Below, piece after piece: positions 1-28,685 of a stretch of DNA of 64,000 nucleotides; the stretch's first letter is position 1; every line of letters starts with the position of its first letter. Both the position numbers and the translations under genes were made by a program. The DNA comes from Salpingoeca rosetta (lineage: Eukaryota > Protista > Choanoflagellata), in the NCBI GenBank assembly GCA_033442325.1, contig JAWQFM010000001.1, positions 477,324 through 541,323 of the forward strand, given 5' to 3'. A model generated the notes under the pieces. It did no database searches, was not told the DNA's origin, and saw nothing but the letters and a program-made list of their open reading frames with translations.

Positions 1-7159
<7,159 letters not shown>

Positions 7160-7950
7160 GATCTCTCACCTCCACGCACACTTCTCACACAGACGACACA
7201 AAAAAAATCCCTTGATGTCCCTGCTTTCTCCTGCACAACCTAGGCCAAAGCACTGGCTGTCTCTATGTGGCACCTGCTCCCAAACACAGTGCCGTTCACT
7301 GGCTTGTTGCACACAACGCACACACACGCACACGGCCAAGCACACACACGAACACTGGCTCGCTCTGCTTGCTTGCTTGCTTGCTCTTGTCGCAATCGTC
7401 GCGCACGTTGCTTTGTGGCGCACAGTGTGGGCAAGTTGTGGAAGATTTGAATAATTTTCGTCACGTCCTTGGGCACAACACAGCAGCCAGAGTGCAGCTG
7501 TTTGTTTGAAGTGGGTGTTGTTGTCTGCTTTGCTCCTCGGCTGTTGTCCAGTTGTGGTGGTAAGGAGGTGTGTGCGCGCCTCTCTATCTGTGCGTCTGTG
7601 TGCTTATTGTTGGAGTGGGGACAGTGCACCAGGGACTGCGATTGGGTGATAGTTCGGCAGCAGAGGTGCTGTTTGATGCTTCGGACCAACGGATCTCGTC
7701 CACATTTGAAACGCAAGAGAGAAAATTATAACAGCAGCAGCAGCAGCAGCAGCAGCAACCAAACCAACAACCAAACCAACAACCAAACCAACAACCAAAC
7801 CAACAACCAAACCACCAGCAACGGCACACCGGTGCTTGGTGTGACCACAGGCACAAGCCACAAGCGCGGGACTCCAGCTGTGGCTTAACAGCTGGTATCG
7901 CACGGAAACCTGCGGGGATACGGGACCACCTGCAAACGGCAACAGCCACG

Positions 7951-15703
<7,753 letters not shown>

Positions 15704-15777
15704 TGGATCACATGAGCATGTGTGTGTGTGTGTGTCTGTGTGTGTGTGTCTGTCTGTCTGTCTGTATGTCTATGTTT

Positions 15778-15810
<33 letters not shown>

Positions 15811-16409
15811 CTGTGTCAGTATGTCTATATTGTGTGTGTGAGGGAGCGAGCGAGGGCGGAGGAGGGCTGAGGGAATAAACGACGAGACCAGGATTTCGCA
15901 GTGTCCTTGCTCTGACTGGTGTTTATGTGCGATGATTGCGCGTGTGGTATGTGTGTCTGCTTGCACGCCTCTCTGTCTCCCAACCAACAGCCAAAGCAAG
16001 GGGAACACAATAATGAACAGCGCGGTACTTGCTGGTCTGCTTTCATTCACAAACAAACAACAGCACAGTCGTGGACACAACAGAAGAGACAATTACGCAC
16101 AAGATGACAGCGACAACGCACGAGCATCGTCAACCATCATGAGACAATCATGAGACATAGAGACAAAGAGCGCAGCCTGAATTGCAGGCAGGCGCAGATG
16201 GGTGGAGGTTAACAAAGACTGCTGCTTCGTAGACAAGCAAGCAACAACGAAAAGATGCAACACACACGACGGCAAAGGGGACAAAGAGAAAAAAGTGACA
16301 AACAAACACACACCCAACATTTGAAGGGGGCGCGAACTTGTGACTGGTACGGGTGCGTTGTTTGATGGTTGGGGGATGGTGACAAATGGGACGGCAAGTT
16401 GGGGAGTGA

Positions 16410-18349
16410 TCACTTGCGCACAAACGTTCGGCCGGTTGCCGTCTTCTTCTCCTTCTCTGCATCGGGGCGGGCGCGGTTGAGCACCTGTAACACAAAGCAA
16501 TAGCAAGCAACGTTGTGTTGGATTGTGGGGGTTAAAGGCGAGGCAGGTGAAGTGGTGTTACGGGGCAAGGTGAGCGTGGATAAAAGTGGCATCCGGTGTG
16601 ATATGCAATCAGAGGGAGGGGAGGGGAGCCAGGGGGAGTCGTTCGTCGTGGCAATGAGGGGCAGCGCGTGTGCTTGACACAGTTGGTGCTGTCGTTACCT
16701 TGAGCAGGGACGATGTGCGCGCGCGCATGCGCTGGTGCAGGTAGGCCTTTGAGCACTTGATGTGATAGTGCAGGTAGTCACGGAACGTGTGGATCAGGTC
16801 AATGGTGTGGTCCATCTTATCGTCCGAGATGTGGCGTGGGAACAGCACTGTTGGCGTTGGCGGCGTTGGAAGCAGTGGTGAGCATGTGTGTGTGTGTGTG
16901 TGTGTGTGTGTTTGTTTGTGTGTGTGTGTGTGTTTGTGTGTGTGTTTGTTTGTGTGTGTGTTTGTTTGTGTGTTTGTTTGTTTGTTTGTTTGTGTGTGTG
17001 TGTGTGTGTGTGTGTGAAACAGACAACAAGGTCAGGAAAACGTTTCCGTCCAGTTCTATCCACACGCTGCCGCGCACGCCCGCCTGCACCCCTCTCCCCT
17101 CTCATGCGCACGCCAACATGGCGTACCAAAGGTGACGTAGCCGACATTGTCGCCGGTGAGTGCAGAGGTGCCCTCGAGCTCGCGTGGAACATCCTTGGCG
17201 TGACCAAACAGAACCTGCGGCGCAGACGGGTTGCGCCCGCGCACATCTTGGAACGCCTGGTGTATTGCGGTGTCCGGAAGGGGGAGATGAATGAAGCACA
17301 GCGTGTTAACTCAAGTTGTTCCACATACAATTCAACGCAGGCACACACATACATTCACAAGTAGATATACAAACACAGATACGCGCGCGCACCACACCGT
17401 AAGTGCACACACACACGCGCCACACACACACGCACACACACACACACACAAACTAACACAAACAACGGCCAGGCTCACCTTCATGAAGACTTTGCCGATG
17501 ACAATGTCGTCCTTGTCTGTGAAGAGTGTGCTGAAGATGACGGTGACGCGGTCCTTCATGGCGTTGATGAACATCGTCTCCTTCTCCTTGTAGTTCAACA
17601 CAATCGAGTCCATCTTGCCGTCCTGCGTGTTCAAGTGAGTGAGTGTGTGTGTGTGTGCGTGTGTGAGTGAGTGTGTAAGTGTGTGTAAGTGTGACAGTGA
17701 GCGAGTGTGAGCGTGAGTGAATGAGTGTTTGAACAGCACGTGATGCGAGTGTGCGTGTGTGTTTGGCGACCTTCTGCATCTGGAAGAACTTGGTGAAGAC
17801 GGCTGCGAAGCAGTTGCGGCGAAGGCGGGCCACGTTGGAGATGGTCACCTCTGTTCCCAGGTCCACAAGATCCAGAAAGCAGGTCAAGTCGGCCAAGTCG
17901 ATGAAGCACATGAGTATGTGTGCATGGGCAGATGTCAAAGGTGCGTGAAGGAGAACACTGGCAAACGCATAAACATGATACCTCAATTAGCATCCCCTCA
18001 CAGAGAAGTAACTGAATGCACACCCACTCAAACACACAAGAGCACACGTGTGCACGGACCAGGGTTTGCGCCAAGCTTGCTGATGTCCACGAGCAGAGAG
18101 AAGTCATAACCTGAAAAGCAACCATACGTTCAGCACACACACACGCACACACGTCACGTGGAGGACGCACACGACCAGGCATGAGAGGATGCATTGCAAA
18201 CAGCAGCGGCATTACGCAGAACCCCACACACCAACACAACCATGCCGGAACGGCAGCAACGACCACAAAAAACTTACCGCTCTCGGGGCTGGTGACCATG
18301 TCGCCGTAGATGCCCTTCATGAACTGCAAAAGGCGTGTGTGTGTGTGCG

Positions 18350-18401
<52 letters not shown>

Positions 18402-18988
18402 GAAGGAGAGGTGGATGAGGCGAAACCATTCGGAGGCAAACAGCACAGACTGAAACGAAGAACAGGCGCATACCCGTTGTTCGACAACATGTTGGGGGAT
18501 GACGTACCGAATCGACGTCAAACTGCTGCAGTTGGTGGAAGAAAGGCACGGAGATGCTGACGAGGACCTTGGTGGCATCACCCTCGGGGTTGGACACATG
18601 ATACATGGTGCCGTCAAAGTCGGCAACCGTCATGTCCACGGGGGCGATCTGCTCAAAGTAAACAAGTGGTGAAGGGCGTGGGTATGTGTGGTGACGGAAG
18701 GGAAGGAAATGGAAAGGCTGAGCGTAAGAAACACACACGCACACACACACACACAAACACATACACACGCTGGGTCACATGCACGCGTACATGCCACGCG
18801 TCGATGAAAGCACACCTTCACCATGCAAGGAAGCACACGACACACACCTATTCAGCATAAACCAAAACACAAACACGCAACTTTGCACACATCCACCAGA
18901 AACGCCAACAACGTACCTCCTCTGTCTCCGATGCGCGGCTGGAGAGCACCTCCGAAAGGATGCGGTTCTCGACCTCAAGAAGGATCAT
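16410..18988 (-). CDS. ARPC2: Arp2/3 complex subunit 2 (p34-Arc), multi-exon
   Basis: Exons read [11 protein letters not shown]..., [122 protein letters not shown]. These are diagnostic ARPC2 sequences. Confidence 0.96.
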
Positions 18989-19377
18989 GGTGTTTGGTTG
19001 GCTTCAACTGTTGTGTGGTGGATAGACAAGGGAAGGGTATCAAGACGCCAGTGGCCACACAGAGGTTGGTGGACGGAGCTTTTTGGTTTGCTTTTGCTTG
19101 TCGCTTGTTGTCGCTTGTATGGGAGAGTGAGCGAGAGCGGTGAGCTGGATGGAAAGAAAGAGGGCGTCTTTCGCGATTTTTCGTCTACCTCAAACAAAGG
19201 CAAAATTGCCTTTTTGCTCCACCAACTACAAAAGGCAAACTTGACCTTGCCACTGGACTGGTTCGGAAGGACTGTACACAAGCAAGCAAGCGGTGTGGAA
19301 ATGACACTGGTTGCCTGCTGTGGTGCTGCTGGGTCTGGAAGCGAACATGCAAGCGAACAAACCAAAAGGCTACAGGT

Positions 19378-19418
<41 letters not shown>

Positions 19419-19482
19419 TGTGTGTGTGTTTGTGCGTGCGGGGGATGGTGGCTGATTCACTCTCTCGTTTTGACGACGAGGG

Positions 19483-20768
19483 ATGGCGAATGCGTTGATG
19501 TATTGATTTCATTGGTTGGCGTGTCGATGTGCTTGTATGTTGACGCGTTCCTGCACAAAGAGACGAAGGACAAAGAGCTTCACACTCACTCACACGCACA
19601 CACACACTCTCTCTCGCACACACACACACTCACACACTCGCGCACAGACTGAGTTGGTGCTGGGGAATGAATGTGTTGGTGATGGTGATGATGACCAAAA
19701 CGTGAGCGTCAACACAACACCTTCACGCGAACCAGCATCCTGACACCTGACCTGCTGCTGCCTGCTGGCCAAGTGCTTCCGGGAGAGAGGCAACTGGCTG
19801 CTTATTTTCCACCTTGCCCCCTGTGAGGTGGTCTGCCAGCAACAGCCGTCGCTTTCACGCCACAAGAGTCGAGCTGCAGTCCACGACAAGGGCACGCACG
19901 CACAGCCTCTGCATCGCCTCGGACGCCCCTTTTGGCCGCTGCGCCAGCTTCACCGGAGTGCTAGCGACTTTGCCAATCTGCAGGAACAGCAGCACTGGTC
20001 AGCATGCCGACCCACCAGCACCTCAACAGCATCTTGCTGTCCTCTGTCCAACGCAATGACCTCCTTCACGTGCGCCTGATCTTGGCCCAAGGCGCAAACC
20101 CAAATGCAACCAACACCTGCGGCTGGACAGCCCTGCACTTTGGTGAGTGTTGGTGTGTGTGTCCGTGTGTGTGTGTGTGTGTGTCTGTGTGCCTGTGTGT
20201 CTGTGTCTGTGTGTCTGTTTGTGTGTGTCTGTTTGTGTGTGCATGTGTCTGTAACTGCGTTTACTTGTGCACCAAGGGATGTGTTTCCGATGTGTGCTAC
20301 TGTATGTGTTCGTGCGTGCTGTGAATCGAGCGTCTCACCTCTTCCCTTCACACTGCCCCTCTTTGCCCGCACGTGTACCTGCGGTGTCGTTTCTGTGCCT
20401 CCCGTGTTCCTGTTTCATTGCCAGCGGCGGAATTGCCGAGGCGCACCGCCATCCTGTTTGCTCTGCTGCACGCTGGCGCACGCGTCAACAGCATCTGCGC
20501 CTACACGGGCCAGACCCCGCTGCACGTCGCCTCCATCGCAGGCAACCTGCCTGCGGTGAAGCTGCTGCTCAACTGCGGGGCAGACATGTTCCTGCGTGAC
20601 TTCAACAACCAGACGCCACGGGAAGTTGCTCGCCCATCATCGCTGCTGCGTCGCGTCGTTCTCGGCCCCACCGCATACGACTACCTCACGGCCCTCGGTG
20701 CGCATGCTGATGTGTGTGTGTGTGTGTGTGTACATGCGTTTGCTTATGTGCTTTGTGTGTGTGTGTGT

Positions 20769-20842
<74 letters not shown>

Positions 20843-22222
20843 GCGTACATGTATACTTGTGTGTACGCACACGCCTACAAGTGGTGGAGGCCGTTTCTTT
20901 GCTGAGAGCCGATTCCCCCTCGCCCCTCTCCTCCCAGTTTCTTCTTGCGCTTGTCAACGCAACCACGCTCATTCCAGTCTTCTCCCCCCCCACGCTTTCA
21001 ATTCACCTGCAACCAACCTCACACACACACACACACACACACGCACACACACACACACGCACACACACACACACACTCACACACACACATATATACATAC
21101 ATACATACACACACATCTGTAACCTGTTTCCTGCCCGTGCATGCAGAACACACGATGCTGGTCGTGTCGCCAAATGCACTGCGCCACCACCCACCGAATC
21201 CCCTGCAAGCCGGCCGCTCCCCCGCTGTGCGACGCCAGGTTGTGCCGCACAACACACGCACGCCCCTATCTCCTCCTCCTTATCAGCAGCACCAGCAGCA
21301 ACAACGCCAATTTCGGCAGCCGCGCCACCACCACCGCCGCGGCACGCAGGGTGGCAGCGATGGTGATGATCGACGTCAGCTGCTGCAGGACCCAGGCACA
21401 CCCAATATGGTGCACCGCGCGGCCCTGCCAGCACCAACTGCCACCACAACATCGGCAACAGCCACACCAGCAACAGTGACGACAGCGGATGCAGCTACAA
21501 GCACACGTGCAGGTGGGGTCACCATTGCAGGCACGACCAATGATGGCAATCAGCAGCGTCGGCGCCGGCGCGTGCGTGTGTTTGGGCGGTGGCTTCCGTT
21601 TGGTGGCACGACGCGGCAAGATGCACAGCAGGCATTGACACCAACGGGGGACGCAGATGAGGATGAGGACAGCAACCATGTTGAACTGCAGCCCGCACAC
21701 CTGATCCATCAGCATCAGCAACAACAGCAACAACAGCAACACGGCAGGAATGGTGCTGGCAATGGTACAGGCGGCGGTGACACAGGCATTGTGCGGCGAT
21801 CGCGGTGTTCATTCGGATGGAGGCGCCGGTCGTCCAGCTCAAACAACAGCAACAGCAGTGCCGACCACCGTGACACATCCAAGTGCACAGGAAAGCGTGG
21901 CCGAATTTGCCAGAACAAATTGCAAGCCGGCAGGGCGGATGGCAGAATCAAGCTGACACCAAGCCAGGTTGCGCAGCTTGCCACGGCGTTGGAGTGCGGC
22001 ATCTGTCTCGACACCATGGAAGACCCCGTGACGCTGCCCTGCGGCCACTCGTTCTGCGGCCACTGCTGCCAGCAACTTGTGTCGTCCACACGTGCGCGCT
22101 ACTTCTCCTGCCCGCTCGACCGCAGCAAGTTCCCGCGCCACATGCCGCTCGGCACTGCCGTAACCCTGCGCAACGTCGTCGCATGCATCAACCGCCACAA
22201 ATCTGTCACAACGTGCCTCTGA
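19483..22222 (+). CDS. Ankyrin-repeat + C-terminal RING finger protein (putative E3 ubiquitin ligase)
   Basis: Ankyrin exons ~20030-20142 (LILAQGANPNATNTCGWTALHF) and ~20425-20697 (GQTPLHVASIAGNLPAVKLLLNCGAD). Last exon 21147-22222 has the RING CGICLDTMEDPVTLPCGHSFCGHC...CPLD. The start (ATG 19483 on a micro-exon) is tentative. Confidence 0.85.
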
Positions 22223-22936
22223 AAAGCACGCTTGCGTGTGTGCGTGAGAGTGTGCGTGTATATGTGTGCGTGTGTATGTGTATATGTGTGCGTATGTGTA
22301 TGTGTGTGTGCGTGTGGTTGTGTCTCCACACGTGTGCATGCGCACAAAAGCACAAGAAGTGTGTGTGTGTGTGGTTTCTTTCCTTCTGCTCTGTCCTATT
22401 TGGTGCTGCTGCTTGTGTGGTGTGTGTGTGTGTGTTGCTTGGATGTGTTTTCGATGGCTTCATCATGGATGATAAAGCAAGCACGAAGGTTGTGCCATGT
22501 CCTGTGCATAAATTCATGCCATCAGCTCCGTGGATGTACACATGTTTGAGGCCGTTTAATTGCGAGGACACGAACAGGCATTCCAACAAGATGTTGCTCA
22601 GAAGAACGACATGCATATCATTGATTGAGAGGGAAACTCCCTCATGCTCTCAGGAACACATAACGGACGAACGGAGTGCGAACAAACGCCAAGCATAGGA
22701 AGAAAACAAAAAGGAAAGAGAACCAAGACAGAGGCAGAGAGAGAAAAAAAAAAAAACAAGCCCACACAATCATAGGACTCACCCCCCACCACCCATCCAC
22801 CCGTTTCCCTCCACAGTTCATTCAGTGACCAACGTCGATGTGCAAACAGCAAGTGGTCAAAGCAAGACCTTAGGCATATTCCAGCCAGCGAAGACATGAG
22901 CACATGGGGGTGCATGCATGAAATGCGCCAGCACCA

Positions 22937-24780
22937 TCAGTGCTGGCGCGGGTGTGTTGGCGGGGCCGGCGGGCTGCCCAAGCTGTGGCGGCGCGGCCTG
23001 GGATCATCGCTCATTGGCGTCTCCTCTGTGGCATCTTCCTCCTCCGTGAGACTCGGGTTGAGGGACACGGCAGAGGTGATGGTGGCTATCTCGCCCGAGC
23101 TCAGTGAAGGGGTGGACCTGTCCCCGTGCGGGAGCACAATATCGGACAGGTTCAGGACGCGACGCACGCCCGTGCTCTCATCGACGTAGTATTCCTCAAA
23201 CCGAAGGTCGTCGGGGTCGTCGGGGTCGTCGTTGCGTTGGTCGTTCAGGTCAACGTTGCTGAAGTCAAAGTTGAACGCGTCGTCGTTGAAGCCAAAGCTG
23301 TTGAAGTCAAAGTTGAAGACGTTGTGGTTGTGCTCGTGGTCGTGCTCGTGGTCGTTTGCGTCATCGCTGTCGCTGTTGTTGTGGTGGTCGTTGCGGTTTC
23401 CGTCAATCCCACGCAAGCCACCAAGCTCAACCAAGTCGTTGATGTTGTTGTCCAAGCCGCTGTGAGGATGATCAAAGCTGTCGTCATCGTCGCCCTCATA
23501 ATCGTCATCAGCCTCATATGCATGACCAATGTCGTCGCGATTGTCGACGACATGACCGCGTTCCTCATCATGGTGGCCGGCATCAAAGCCGCCAAAGTGG
23601 TCGCTGGAGATTTCAATGTAGCTTTCAAGGCCGTCGCGGCTGTTTTCGCTGTCGGAACCCGCGTCTCCTGCATTGTCGCCCAGGGCGACACCAACAGCTT
23701 CGTCACCAGAGGCACCACCATCCTCGTTGCGGAGGTGGTGGCGATGACGGCCGTGGTGGCGGCGGTAAAGGCGGTGCCGGTTGCCGTCCCTGGCAGGGGT
23801 GTTATCATCGTTGTCTGAGCTGGTGCTGGTGCTGAGGTTGTAGCGACCGCTGGTGTTGACGATGTCGGAGCTCCACACGGAAACGCTGCTGTGATCGGCG
23901 TCATTGTCACTGCCGGCATGGTCGCTGCCATCGCCGTTGCTGCCGTTACCACCGTCTCCATGGTGCAATCCAACGTCCTCGGCATCGCCGGAGCCATCCG
24001 GCTCACCTTCGCCACGGGATGGGGCGACAACTGGCGGCGGAGGTGTGCCGACGGCAAGCGTGGTGGGCGCTTGATGGGTGCCAGCGCGTTGGTTGGCTTC
24101 GGCTGCCACGGTGGCGTGCTCCACCAGTGCTGGTCCAACGGCTGGAGATGTGGCTGGCGCCTGGGTGTTGCCGTTGTGCTCCCCAGCTTGCTGGTGCGTG
24201 CGCGCCAGCATTGAAGTCAGCCGGGCAGATGACGATGACGAGGAGGACGAGGAGGACGAGGATGAGGACCCGGTGGTGGCGGTGCTCGTGACCGGGGTGG
24301 ATGCATGCATGCATGCACGCGGTTCACCAGTGTCGTGGCCCGCAAGACTGCGGTGTGCAGTGCTGGCCATGGCATCTGCTTTATCCACGGACTGGAGGTC
24401 AGCAGGGAGCGGTGTACTGCCATCTGTTGTTACTTTTGCACTGGAAGTGCCGGGCGATGGCTGGAGGTCAACGTCTACGACAACAGCAACATGGAGAGAA
24501 TGTGGATGTGCATGCAAGCATGAACGGGGATAGAAGGACGCAGCGTGAGATAGGAAAGGGGCAGGACATGAGCGAGCGAGGAGCAAATCAAGAGCGGCGC
24601 CGAGGTGCTGCGGATATGTGGGCTATGGTGACACACACACACGCACACGCACACGCACACACGCACCTGTGGCTTGTGAGGAGATGCCTTGCTCATACAT
24701 GCCTGCATGCACGTCAGTGCCGCCATCGTTGGCACTGCCGTCGAGCTTTTTGGCGAAGGAGGAGTGGTCCAGAGCTGCGC
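22937..24780 (-). CDS. Hypothetical acidic, disordered protein (large terminal exon; further upstream exons likely toward ~26.1 kb but unresolved)
   Basis: A ~1.5-kb open, microsatellite-free frame (22937-24586) with GC3-rich codons and a D/N/S/G/H-rich product. A probable upstream exon lies at ~24665-24780. No recognisable domain. Confidence 0.55.
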
Positions 24781-25205
24781 ACAGGTATGAAGAGGAGGCA
24801 TGAGAGGGTGACGTGCATGCAGGCGTGTGCATTCACATATGAAGGTGTGTTCACGACAGCGAACACCAACACATGCGCATATGTGTGAGCAGTGTGCGCG
24901 ATGCATGTCGAAATGAAGGCAAGTGTGTGAGGAGCCATGGGGCGCAAGCGCACGCACGATTCATTGTCGACGATCAACACTGAGCGATGGTGTTGCTGCT
25001 CAAGTGGAGCACGCAGACACGGCAGGGCCGGCGTCAGACTTGTGTCAACTGAAGTGAGGTCCTGGGATGGTTGTGGTGCTGGTGCTGTTGGTGCTGTTGT
25101 TCGTACTGCTGGTGACAGCGGTGGTGGTGGTGGTGGTGGACAAGCAAGCAAAGTGAAAATGAGTGCAGACGACGGAAAACAACGACGAATGAAAAAAAAC
25201 CGTTG

Positions 25206-25284
<79 letters not shown>

Positions 25285-26665
25285 TGTGCTTGAATGTGCG
25301 GGGAAGAAAGCAAAAACAAAGGGAGAAGAAAGAAATGGCGTGTGTGAGTGTGTGTTTGTGTGTGCGCGCAGAGTTGACACAGCAAACATAGAGTGCATGA
25401 CAGCAACCAAGGCTGCAACCAAAGCATGCAAGCCAAGCAAAACAACAACAAAAAAAAAAAGGAAAACAAACAGGCAGGCAAGTGTTCGCTGCACCTCGCC
25501 CAAGTACAACGGTCGGTTGGGTGCCAGTGAGGTGCACAGAGTGCGCGCACGCATGGAGGGGTGGGAAGAAAACAAAGCGAAGAGAAGGAAAACAACGCGC
25601 GCACGTGTGGGAGTGTTGTGGTTGCGTGCTTTACATGGTGCGTGCGTCGCATGGTTTGCTTGAAGCCACTGCGAGGGTGCAGCCACCAGCCACGTGCGCA
25701 ATAGCCATTATACCTCAAATTGTGAGGCACTCGCCAGCAATGGCTGCAAGCGGCAGTGGTAGTAGCAGTAGCAGTCCAAACTGCCAGCGACGGCGAGAGC
25801 GCACATGATCGCTGGCTTGGATGCATCTTGGCGCCGTGTAAAGTGCTGGGAAGACACGCAAGTTGTCCCTTGCGGCCACACGAGAAGACGCAGGGTGGAT
25901 GGGGAGCACAAAGGAATCAAAGAAGGCCCGCTACGGATAAGCACGTCAAGTTGAGCAGACAGAAAGATATAGCAGAGACTGCACCAGCCAGACACTGGAC
26001 AGCATGTCAACACGTACAGTTGTGCATGAGGGTGCGCATGCAAGCACACAATTAGACACAAAGGAACGAACGCACGCGCACACAGGAGTGCAGCCAACAT
26101 GCAGTTGCCACACAACATAGACATATGCTCTGTACCTGTTGCTGATCAGAAGACTTGTCGGGGAAGAACCCGTTCGGCAGCCGCACCAAAGTGGCACAGA
26201 ACCCCGCGCAGCAGAGCCTTATTCACGAGAGCCAGCCTGACGGCTCCGAAGCAAACGAAGACTAGGTCCTGATCTCTGCTTACCGATACCTCACATCATG
26301 TCACGCCTGTCCTGCGTTTCCGATCCGTATCCGCATCAAGCACTTGTCAAGTGTCTGTTGCACACCATGCATGCATCGAAACAAACACAACACGCAACAA
26401 AAACACACCAAAGCGTCAGTGAAACGATAGGACAAGCACCGCATGCCTCAGCGACAAGCAAGAAAGTGCACGACCTTACTTGCGTGACAGAGGGGGGGGG
26501 GAGCGGCAGACTTGTTGCGCTTGCACGCAAAACAACGTGCCAAGTTGCAGCACAAGGTCACAGCACAAGTGCATCTTTGTTGTCTTGGCAGCCTTGCTTG
26601 TAGAAGATTTGTAGAAATCTTCACACACATTTCCGTAATCCAAACAAACAAAACACCCACACTGA

Positions 26666-26692
26666 CAGAGGATGACATCAGTGAGCGGAAAA
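26666..26692 (+). repeat. Left terminal inverted repeat (27 bp)
   Basis: Exact reverse complement of 28686-28712. Confidence 0.95.
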
Positions 26693-26845
26693 TCACTTTA
26701 ACGTGTTTGACGATTTATTTCGCCGTTCTCGACCACAGAGAACACGCTAAAAACACCCTTTTCCTCAGCACAATTGACTACGGCACCCCACCCCACATCC
26801 ACCCACCAAGACACAATGAACCACACAACAGGCAAACCACTCACA

Positions 26846-28511
26846 CTAATCCTCGTCTTCATGTTCACCCTCATCGTCGTCCTCGTCACTGTCCTCGTCA
26901 CTGTCCTTGTCTTTGTCCTCGTTCACAACATCGACCTCTTCCATATTCTCATCATCATCATCACGCTGCCCGTCATCGAACACCCCATCATCGATTGCCT
27001 CCTCATCCACCTCATCGAGGCTCGTGATCTGCCTGTAAAGCTCATCCAGCCGAGCATCTGCTTTTGCAATGCATCCCTCAACTGTCTTCGGTGTCAGGGT
27101 TGCAAACGCCTCGTCCAACCGCTGGCGCACGTCCTTGAACGTTGTGTCGTAGTTGTACTGTCGACCAACGTCTCCTTTCACGTTTGCCCAAACAATCTCG
27201 ATGGGCTGAAGGTCGGAGTAATGCGGCGGTGTCCACAGCACCTCGTGCCCAGCGTCCTCTGCCATTTGCACGACGACGGGCTTGACTGTCTGCGCAATGT
27301 GTTCGCGAAGCCTGGCCCACAGCAAGGCCCGAGTGTCGGTGTCGGATACTGGCAGGCCGCGCGCCGTGCAGGCCTCGACCATGGCTGCCTTCTTCCATGA
27401 TTGCTTGGGCGTGTCCGCTGGGAGTGACTTGTGGTACTTTGGCGTTGTCCATGACAATGATGGTGTTTTTGATGCCACGGGCGTCGAGCGTGGCGAGCAG
27501 CGTCTGCATCCAGCGCTCAAAGTATGCACTGTCAAACATGCCATGGTAGTCTTTGGTCTGCGCCTTGCCACTCTGCTTCTTGCCCCCCTCAAAGATGTCC
27601 AGCGTCTCGGGTAACAGCTGTGCACGATGTTCCTCGGATCGCTCTGCTTCTGGTACTGCAGGGTCGCTTGAGATGATTGCCGCGATGAAACAGAAGCGCC
27701 GGCCTTTGTGCTTTTGCTTGGGGAGCAGGCGGTTATCACCGGGGTCGTACAGCGACTCATCATGCCGGCGGTAGTGGTGGTGTATGTAGCTCTCGTCGAG
27801 GTAGACAATGCGTCGCCGCTGCTGTCGGGCCTTGATCATCTGGGTGATGTACGCGTCTCGTTTGATCAGCACCTCCTCCTTCTCCATGTAGGTGGTGCAA
27901 CCGCCTCGCTGACCTCTCTCGTAGCCAAGTGACTCCAGGTATCGTTGCACAGCTCTCAGGGCGTTCGCTTTCGAAGTGGGATCAGAGTACATCGGCAGCA
28001 CACCGGAGGAGCAGAAGAAGCCGAGCACGTCCTTTGCCACAGTTCGGTTGCCCTTGACAGTGCGCTCGTACAACCAGTTCTGCAGCTTCACACGCAATGC
28101 CTCAGTGCGCTTGAACTTCGTCGTCTTGGTCCCGCGTGGCCCGTCGTTGTCTGCGACTGACACCGCTTGCGCGCGCTCGTAGTCCTTCCATGCTTGTTGA
28201 CAGACGTCTGTGCTGCGCTGAAGGACGTTCTTTGCGAGTGCCGTGAACCGATACTGCTTGGGCCTCCCTGACTTGTTCGCGTGGACAAACTTCTCATGGC
28301 GAAAGTACGCCTGCACGGCGACGATGTCCAGCTTTGCGTCCACCGTCAGCGTCCTGGAGTTTTCCTTGCGCTGCTTCTTGAGCCACTTCTTGAAGGCGTC
28401 GTACTCCTCATTGTCAAGGCTCCCGGCGTACAATCGGCCTTCTTTCTTCTTGACACACGGCGGTGTTCCGTCAGTGCTGCCTGCTGCGGTGGCCGATCTG
28501 CGCTGCGCCAT
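26846..28511 (-). pseudogene. DDE transposase interrupted by a 1-nt frameshift at ~27438
   Basis: ORF1 has RIVYLDESYIH (D1) and IIVMDNAK (D2). ORF2 continues YHK...VLWTPPHYSDLQPIEIVWANVK (E). The junction reads GCC AAA GTA C where GCC AAG TAC would join the frames. There are 82 residues between D2 and E after joining. Confidence 0.8.
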
Positions 28512-28685
28512 CTTGGATGCAGAAAGTCGTTGGCATCAATGTGAATAATCGGCAATCCTGGAGGTAACAGGAAAAGATGGTTCTGTGCTTGCGCTCTGTT
28601 GTGCGTGGGACAGCCAACGGACAATGGAAGCGATTGACGCATATTTCGGGTGGTTTTGAATGTGTGCCGGTGATGAAAACTTATT

